DNA of 64,000 nucleotides from Candidatus Poribacteria bacterium (GTDB lineage Bacteria; Poribacteria; WGA-4E; WGA-3G): NCBI GenBank assembly GCA_964291315.2, contig OZ219753.1, positions 3,072,001 to 3,136,000 of the forward strand, read 5' to 3'. Shown piece by piece: positions 57,804 to 64,000 of this stretch (position 1 is its first letter; each line of letters starts with the position of its first letter). The notes under the pieces were generated by a model. It saw only the letters and a program-made list of their open reading frames with translations, ran no database searches and was not told where the DNA came from. The position numbers and the translations under genes were made by a program.

Positions 57804-60545
57804 ATGGATTACAATTTCACTGCCGTCGCTCGGTTACCTGCGCTAGGCGACAATGTCGCTATCGCAACACGAACACTTGAAGGTGGCACATGCATCCGTC
57901 ACAACGGGCAACAATTCAAACTCTCACATACTATCTTAGAGGGGCACCGATTCGCGATTCAACCCATCCTAGGAACCGCGCCACTGTTGTCGTGGGGATT
58001 GCCTTTTGGTTTTGCCATAGGTTCTATTGCTCCGGGCGACTATGTGTGTAATCAGAAAATGATCGACTCACTGTCAATCAGAAACCTCCCCTTTGTACTG
58101 CCGGAAACCCCGAACTTCAGCGACAAAATGGGATCATATGTGTTGGACGAGGTGAAGTTCCGATCGGGGAAACAGGTGCTGTATCATTCAGATGATCGAG
58201 ACTTTCTCGGCTATCGTCGCCCTGGGAACCGCGGTGTCGGCACGCGGAACTATGTCGTCATCATGGGTACAACTGCACACACCTCTGGCTTTGCAAGAAG
58301 ACTTGCCGATATGTGTTCAGAGCACGCCGAGGCGTATCCAAACGTAGACGGGATTGTCGCCGTAACACACACAGAGGGTGGAGAAGATAAAACGCCGAAT
58401 AATATCGATATATTGCTCCGAACACTTGCCGGTTTTACCGTTCATCCGAATATCGGTGCGATCCTACTCGTTGACTACGGCACTGAGACGGTTACAAATG
58501 ATATGCTCAAGGGGTATATGGAGCGTGAGGGATACGCCTTAGATGATGTTGTCCACCACTTTTATCGGCTGCGCGGGGGCTTCGATGTGGATTTAGCAGG
58601 CGGCGCGCAAATTATTAACAGATGGTTGGATAGCATAAACAGCATACCGCGCACCGAGGAGTCTCTAAGAAACCTCAAAATCGCCCTGCAGTGTGGCGGT
58701 TCTGATGCCTTTTCTGGTATATCTGGCAATCCACTTGCTGCTTACGTTGCAAAAGAGGTTATCCGTTATGGTGGGTGTGCCAATCTTGCAGAAACCGATG
58801 AGCTCATTGGCTCGGAAGCGTACGTACTTCAGAACGTTCGTGATCTGCCGACAGCGCGCGCGTTCCTCAGGGCGATTGAAGGATTCAAAGAACGCGTTTC
58901 GTGGCATGGACATTCCGCAGAAGGGAACCCGTCTGGTGGTAATAACTTCCGTGGACTCTATAACATCGCTATTAAATCCATCGGTGCAGCCATGAAACGG
59001 CATCCCGACGTTTGTCTCGATTATGTTATCAAGTACAGCCAATTGATGGAGAGACCAGGCTACTACTTCATGGACAGCCCCGGCAACGATTTAGAGAGCA
59101 TCGCCGGACAGGTGGCATCTGGTTCGAATATGATCTTTTTCGTAACAGGTAACGGTTCAATTACCAATTTCCCGTTTGTCCCCACTATTAAAATTGTCAC
59201 GACAACCGGACGTTATGAGATGCTCGCCAAAGATATGGATGTGAACGCAGGGGCATATATCGACGGCACACCTATGGAAGAACTTGGCGCCTCGACGTTG
59301 GATCTGACGGTGAATGTCGCGTCAGGTGAACCTTCTGTCGGAGAGAAAGCAGGGCATTCTCAAGTCTCCTTGTGGCGCGATTGGAAGCAAACGGGTCGGG
59401 TAGATTTAGCCCCGTTGTTGATGGAATCCGAATTGCGATCTGGCGAACCGATCCCGATTGAAACCTCCTCTGGAGGTGTGAACAGGCCGGACCTACGATT
59501 CAGCGCGCTCCAAACAGAATCAGGGTACCGCACAGATCAACTCGCCCTCATTCTACCGACCAGTCTCTGCTCCGGACAGATTGCGCAGATGGTTGCCGAC
59601 CGTTGTAACGCACGGGAAATTGGCAAAAAGCAAGGCATATCCCGTTTTGTTGCACTTCCACATACAGAGGGATGCGGTGTCTCTAGTGGGCGTTCTGAAG
59701 AAATTTACACTCGCACAATGATTGGGCACCTCACACATCCTACAGTTGCCCTCGGTCTGCTCCTTGAGCATGGTTGTGAGAAGACACACAACGACCACGT
59801 CCGACACGAGATTCAGAAACTCGGTATACCGCCAGAACGTTACGGTTGGGCAAGCGTTCAATTAGATGGCGGCATTGATACTGTTATCAGCAAGGTAGAA
59901 AGCTGGTTTTCAGAGGAACTTGCTCATAAATCGTCTGTTCCTATTGTTGATGCAGGATTAGAGCACCTCTGCATAGCTGTAACATCAACTGTCAAAGTCT
60001 CAACAGAAGTCTCACAGTCTCTGATGCAGTTAGCTTACAAGGTTGTTGCTGCAGGCGGGACAGTTGTCGTGCCAGCAAATGCAGGATGGCTGCCAGCTGT
60101 CAGCTGTCGCCAAAGACCGCTTATAGGGACCAAAAAGATAGCAACTCCTACAAGTCCTACTGAAGGCCGAAAGTCGCCAGCTATTGTGCCGACGTTGGCT
60201 TATGGGCAGCGGGTTGAAAAGAGAGGTTTCCACGTTATGGAGACACCGACGGATCAACCCACGGAGACGCTAACCGGATTGGGGGCGGCGGGTGTGGCCT
60301 TGGCACTTTCACACATCATCGGAGCCCCTCTGCAATCACATGTGATGGTGCCGCTGATTCAGGTTTCCACGGATCCAGGAACACAAGCTAACTACGGCGC
60401 GGATTTAGATTTAGCGACTGTCGATGTTGAGAAGGTATTAGCATTGATTGTGGAGGTGGCCTCGCGCCGGTATACGCCGAAGCTGCACCGTAAAGGAAAC
60501 ATTAATTTTCAGTTGACGCGTGGGTTACTGGGTATTTCGATGTGA
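57804..60545 (+). CDS. UxaA/GarD-family sugar-acid dehydratase with partial internal duplication
   Basis: DNVAIA (SAF domain), VGTRNY, LQCGGSDAFSGISGNP, GNPSGGN, FVTGNGS. Confidence 0.88.
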   Translation: MDYNFTAVARLPALGDNVAIATRTLEGGTCIRHNGQQFKLSHTILEGHRFAIQPILGTAPLLSWGLPFGFAIGSIAPGDYVCNQKMIDSLSIRNLPFVLPETPNFSDKMGSYVLDEVKFRSGKQVLYHSDDRDFLGYRRPGNRGVGTRNYVVIMGTTAHTSGFARRLADMCSEHAEAYPNVDGIVAVTHTEGGEDKTPNNIDILLRTLAGFTVHPNIGAILLVDYGTETVTNDMLKGYMEREGYALDDVVHHFYRLRGGFDVDLAGGAQIINRWLDSINSIPRTEESLRNLKIALQCGGSDAFSGISGNPLAAYVAKEVIRYGGCANLAETDELIGSEAYVLQNVRDLPTARAFLRAIEGFKERVSWHGHSAEGNPSGGNNFRGLYNIAIKSIGAAMKRHPDVCLDYVIKYSQLMERPGYYFMDSPGNDLESIAGQVASGSNMIFFVTGNGSITNFPFVPTIKIVTTTGRYEMLAKDMDVNAGAYIDGTPMEELGASTLDLTVNVASGEPSVGEKAGHSQVSLWRDWKQTGRVDLAPLLMESELRSGEPIPIETSSGGVNRPDLRFSALQTESGYRTDQLALILPTSLCSGQIAQMVADRCNAREIGKKQGISRFVALPHTEGCGVSSGRSEEIYTRTMIGHLTHPTVALGLLLEHGCEKTHNDHVRHEIQKLGIPPERYGWASVQLDGGIDTVISKVESWFSEELAHKSSVPIVDAGLEHLCIAVTSTVKVSTEVSQSLMQLAYKVVAAGGTVVVPANAGWLPAVSCRQRPLIGTKKIATPTSPTEGRKSPAIVPTLAYGQRVEKRGFHVMETPTDQPTETLTGLGAAGVALALSHIIGAPLQSHVMVPLIQVSTDPGTQANYGADLDLATVDVEKVLALIVEVASRRYTPKLHRKGNINFQLTRGLLGISM

Positions 60546-60634
60546 TAACACTCACTTCCGTGGTAAGCGAGGCGAATCCTCGCCTATTCACGCTCTATGG
60601 GTAATCCGAAAATCTACCAGGGCTTTTGCCTCGG

Positions 60635-61819
60635 TTAGAATGAGATACGCACCAATTCGACGGGGAAATCAGGCATAAAAGTTGGCTTATGAAGAGCCAT
60701 CAGCCCCAACGTAAACCACTCACTGATTGAAGGCAGTGAAACGGAGACTTTTTCTGATTTAGGTATGAGATTATTTTTTGAAAAACCCGGAAAAGGGGCT
60801 GGTTCTCCCCAGCCCTGTGTCAGACGGTGTGCCAACCACATTCCGGATGCTGATCCGAGAATACTCGCCACAACATAAGGTTTATGGTCCTCCACGTCAG
60901 CCAACAATGGGAAAGCACTGCCGAATAGGGCACCTGTACACGCACCAATTTGTATCAAAGCGACCCGGCCTTGTGTATACTCATCTTCAGCAGTCGCTTT
61001 GTAGCCAAGATATGTTCCGACGGGGAAGCCAAGCATAGCAGCCAATACATAAGCCCGCGACGCTTCCACCTCTGTTAGGGACATAATTCCTACGGCATAG
61101 GTGCTGCCAATACCGCCGCCGAAAGTAACTAGCTCTGCTCGGCCTTCATTAATGTGCTTGTTGTTAATCAATTTTGTTGTCGCCCACATACCAGCAGGAA
61201 CACCGATCATTGTGGATGTAACATAGATTTTGCGTTGTGTCCAATCTTTGAGTCCGTCGATATCGGCGAGATATGGAATTGCTACTCCATACAACGCGCC
61301 TATCAAACCTCCGGTGCCAATAAGATGCGATTCTCCTTTTTTAAACCATCTGTGAGAAGTTAGTCTATGGGCAATCAGGCCTCCGATTGGAGTAGCGAGC
61401 ATTGCAGAAGCAAAGTAGACCTTGTCATCTTGTGATTCCAATAATATGGGCACTCCAAGACCATATAGGGTACCCGCAAGACTCCCGGATAGGATCAAAC
61501 TGGCACGCCCGGCACCGAGCCGATGGTTTTTTGTAGCGGCAAGTGCAGCTATAAAAGATCCACCGCCGATCAACATCTCTAGTCCGGCTATCCGGGCACC
61601 AGATTCAACTTCAAGTAATCGAGCTGTCCCTGGCCCATAAAGTGAAAGCCCATATAGCGTTGCAGCGCTGACTAATAGCGTTCTGCCTTCCTGCTGCTCT
61701 TTTACAGAGACGTTCTGGTCGGTTTGCATTTGCGGATAGCTTTCATGCACAAGGTGCATGAGAACAAAACCGGCGAAACAGACACAAGAAACGGTTTTGT
61801 GAAGCATACGATTTTTCAT
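60635..61819 (-). CDS. Gly-rich repetitive membrane protein, hypothetical
   Basis: Repeated hydrophobic helix pairs; GGAAGG before ATG 61819. Confidence 0.75.
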   Translation of the reverse strand: MKNRMLHKTVSCVCFAGFVLMHLVHESYPQMQTDQNVSVKEQQEGRTLLVSAATLYGLSLYGPGTARLLEVESGARIAGLEMLIGGGSFIAALAATKNHRLGAGRASLILSGSLAGTLYGLGVPILLESQDDKVYFASAMLATPIGGLIAHRLTSHRWFKKGESHLIGTGGLIGALYGVAIPYLADIDGLKDWTQRKIYVTSTMIGVPAGMWATTKLINNKHINEGRAELVTFGGGIGSTYAVGIMSLTEVEASRAYVLAAMLGFPVGTYLGYKATAEDEYTQGRVALIQIGACTGALFGSAFPLLADVEDHKPYVVASILGSASGMWLAHRLTQGWGEPAPFPGFSKNNLIPKSEKVSVSLPSISEWFTLGLMALHKPTFMPDFPVELVRISF

Positions 61820-61850
61820 TTTTCTTTCCTTCCAAACGAAATATCCACTG

Positions 61851-62912
61851 TTATAGCGGTAGCGAAATCGGGGCACAGATTTGAGCAGAGCGATACGTAG
61901 CCTCTGCCAACTCAACACCGGCTCTACCCATATGTCCGTGGGTTTCCGGCTCTGTTTGGCCAACGATACATTGAAGCCAGTGGTCGATGCTTGTCCCTTT
62001 TGCTGCGACCCCCCAGTACCGTTGCTGCCGCTGTGCCGCTAGCATATTACGGTAGGTTCCGTCGTCTGGCACAGGAGCAATGAATTCTTCTGCCTCTGTC
62101 ATATCATGCGTTTTCCAACGCAAACCATGCCGAACCAGTGTTGCTGAACCGTTACTAGTGACGAGGCCGCTGCTGCTATTCTGAATCTCAGCCGCCCAAC
62201 TCTTCATCATCATTCCGACCCCACCGCTTTTGAAATGCAGAGTCAGCAATGCATTGTTCTCCACGGCGTATTCGGCAGCCGGATAGGTGCCGCCGAGCGG
62301 AACATGACTCGTAAACCCGTAGACGGTAGAGACGGGACCGTAGAGCCACAACCAGAGATCGAGATTGTGAATTGCTTGTTCCACCAACATACCGCCCGAT
62401 TCTGCCTTCACGAAAAGCCACGGATGTCTCTCCGGCGAGAACCAACCGACTTGATTAGAATACGCCATCTGCAGCGCGCCGAGCGTACCGTCATCTAATA
62501 ACGACTTTAGCTTCATGTAGCCCGGATCGAACCGCATCATATAGGCGACCATCAGGAGAACGCCGGCGTTTTCGGCGGCGGCGATCATCTTGTCGCCCTC
62601 CGCCACGTTACAACACATCGGCTTTTCCATCAAGATGTGTTTGCCAGCATCCGTGGCGACAAGCGTGATCTCGAGGTGTGGCCGTGGATGCACACACACA
62701 TCCACTGCATCTATATCTTGCCTGTCGAGGAGGGCGCGATAATCCGTGTAAGCATCCGCCCCAAACCGATCCGCTTGTTCCTGCGCAGCAGCCTCGTTGA
62801 TGTCAGCGATCGCGACAATGTCTGCGCGACGCGTCGGCTCTTCATAATACGGGGCGTGGAGGTTGCGAAAGATACCACCGCATCCGATAATACCAACCCT
62901 AAGTTTATCCAT
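61851..62912 (-). CDS. Gfo/Idh/MocA oxidoreductase
   Basis: VGIIGCG, GKHILMEKP, SGGMLVEQAIH..D. Confidence 0.93.
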   Translation of the reverse strand: MDKLRVGIIGCGGIFRNLHAPYYEEPTRRADIVAIADINEAAAQEQADRFGADAYTDYRALLDRQDIDAVDVCVHPRPHLEITLVATDAGKHILMEKPMCCNVAEGDKMIAAAENAGVLLMVAYMMRFDPGYMKLKSLLDDGTLGALQMAYSNQVGWFSPERHPWLFVKAESGGMLVEQAIHNLDLWLWLYGPVSTVYGFTSHVPLGGTYPAAEYAVENNALLTLHFKSGGVGMMMKSWAAEIQNSSSGLVTSNGSATLVRHGLRWKTHDMTEAEEFIAPVPDDGTYRNMLAAQRQQRYWGVAAKGTSIDHWLQCIVGQTEPETHGHMGRAGVELAEATYRSAQICAPISLPL

Positions 62913-63022
62913 GTATTTCCTCCGTTAAGACTCATGATCGTAGTAGGACAATCCTTCAGTTCGATGATTGATCGTCGGTAGTCCTAACTCAAGACTCCTA
63001 TTTGTAGCAGGACAGCCCTTTA

Positions 63023-63772
63023 TTATCTGTTTCTAACACCAAATGTATCCATCACTTTAAGAATAGGTGGTTTTGCCGTACCCTCTAAGAGAGTGAGTGC
63101 CTCGGCGATAATTGCATGTTGCAATTCTGGGTTATTCGGTTCACCGAGTGGATATCCGAAACCGTAAGGAACCACTAAGGCGCGAGGCGGTTTTACCTTC
63201 TTCGTAATACTTTCAATCAGCGTAATAGAAACCGTGGAAATTCCCGCTGCTTCAACAGCGCGTTGTATCAATCCTACAGATTGATTGCACATCGGTCAGA
63301 CAGGGGTTAAGAACGTCACATCTACATCATCTGCTTTCAGCATTCGCCCCACCTCAGGAGCGGTTTGCGTAATGAGATTGTGAGGTTTTGTGATTGATCC
63401 CATGAAACTGAAGTGCCTGTGGTTTAGGGAGCCAATTTTACCTGCTGTTTCCAACTCTGTGAATCTATCAAGTGGAAACGCAACGTTCACATCTACTTCG
63501 AGACCTCGCTCATCATAAGCCGAACTTTTATGTCCATTAATGAGGGCTTGTGTCTGGATGGAATCGGGAATCTCACGATAGGAACAATCCCCGCTTGTAA
63601 AAGGAGCCTGGTCCTGCAAAAGAAAACCAGCAGTCGTAATAAGGGCGACTTTACATTGTTGCAACGGCAAGCGCAATGGAGTGTCAGGAGATGTTTTATA
63701 ATGCAGACCTCCGTAAAACCTCATAAAGAATCGGGAGAGGCGATCCAATTTACGTCCGAGTGTCATACTCAC
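63023..63772 (-). CDS. PrdB/GrdB-family selenoprotein (UGA at 63296-63298 read as Sec)
   Basis: Two in-frame ORFs join as FLTPV-U-PMCNQSVG (UxxC); VALITTAG, FPLDR, HFSFMG, VKPPRAL..GYPLG. Confidence 0.85.
63267..63285 (-). promoter_or_regulatory. Bacterial SECIS-like hairpin
   Basis: AUCAAUCU-GUA-GGAUUGAU beginning at the 11th nt after the UGA. Confidence 0.7.
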
Positions 63773-63843
63773 CTCGTATTAGATATTCGCGAAAATGAGT
63801 GGTTTCCTATTGATTTTCTTTCGGACCTCAAAAGAGCTCAGTG

Positions 63844-64000
63844 TTAGTCAGTAACAACCGTCTCTTCGCCGAGCATATCAATAATCTTAATAGCAACGCG
63901 GGCATCAGGGCGCGGAAGTGTTACCGTATAGCACCCCTCAATAAAATCGGACTTTCTCTCCGGCACATCACTCTCAACAATTGTGAAATGCTCGTCGCTG
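63844..64000 (-). CDS. C-terminus of a probable site-specific DNA methyltransferase (partial)
   Basis: Manual translation ..SDVPERKSDFIEGCY..VAIKIIDMLGEETVVTD*; resembles Mod-like C-termini. Confidence 0.55.
   Translation of the reverse strand, partial: SDEHFTIVESDVPERKSDFIEGCYTVTLPRPDARVAIKIIDMLGEETVVTD

Overview
Bacterial genomic DNA, most likely a Candidatus Poribacteria-like organism. This is an inference from a LamG protein with a C-terminal 'LTTVWASLK' tail, FGE/sulfatase/PhyH genes and many lineage-specific anchored proteins. There are three zones. (1) 0.6-9 kb, minus strand: a class III lanthipeptide cluster with two 37-aa precursors (one absent from the ORF track), LanKC, two peptidase-less ABC exporters and a GT4 glycosyltransferase carrying a possible RRE-like C-terminal domain. 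Scars of a second cluster copy lie at 9.5 and 10.6 kb. (2) 11.35-39.2 kb: an accessory island of about 25 exported or membrane-anchored proteins in two divergent arms, built from a few paralogous families and bounded by truncated genes. It contains an ABC exporter, a Sec-signal + double-glycine-leader Cys-rich precursor, a Sec-exported C39 peptidase/Ig-like fusion, an orphan GspC-like protein and 4-5 LolA-like proteins. It also carries a repeated ECF-type promoter motif that matches the promoter of the ECF sigma gene at 56.9 kb. This island is the best candidate for an undescribed system. (3) 39.2-64 kb: ordinary core/metabolic genes, including a PrdB/GrdB-like selenoprotein split at UGA with a SECIS-like hairpin. 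No rRNA, tRNA, CRISPR array, integrase or transposase was recognised. All family calls come from motifs read by eye; no database search was run.
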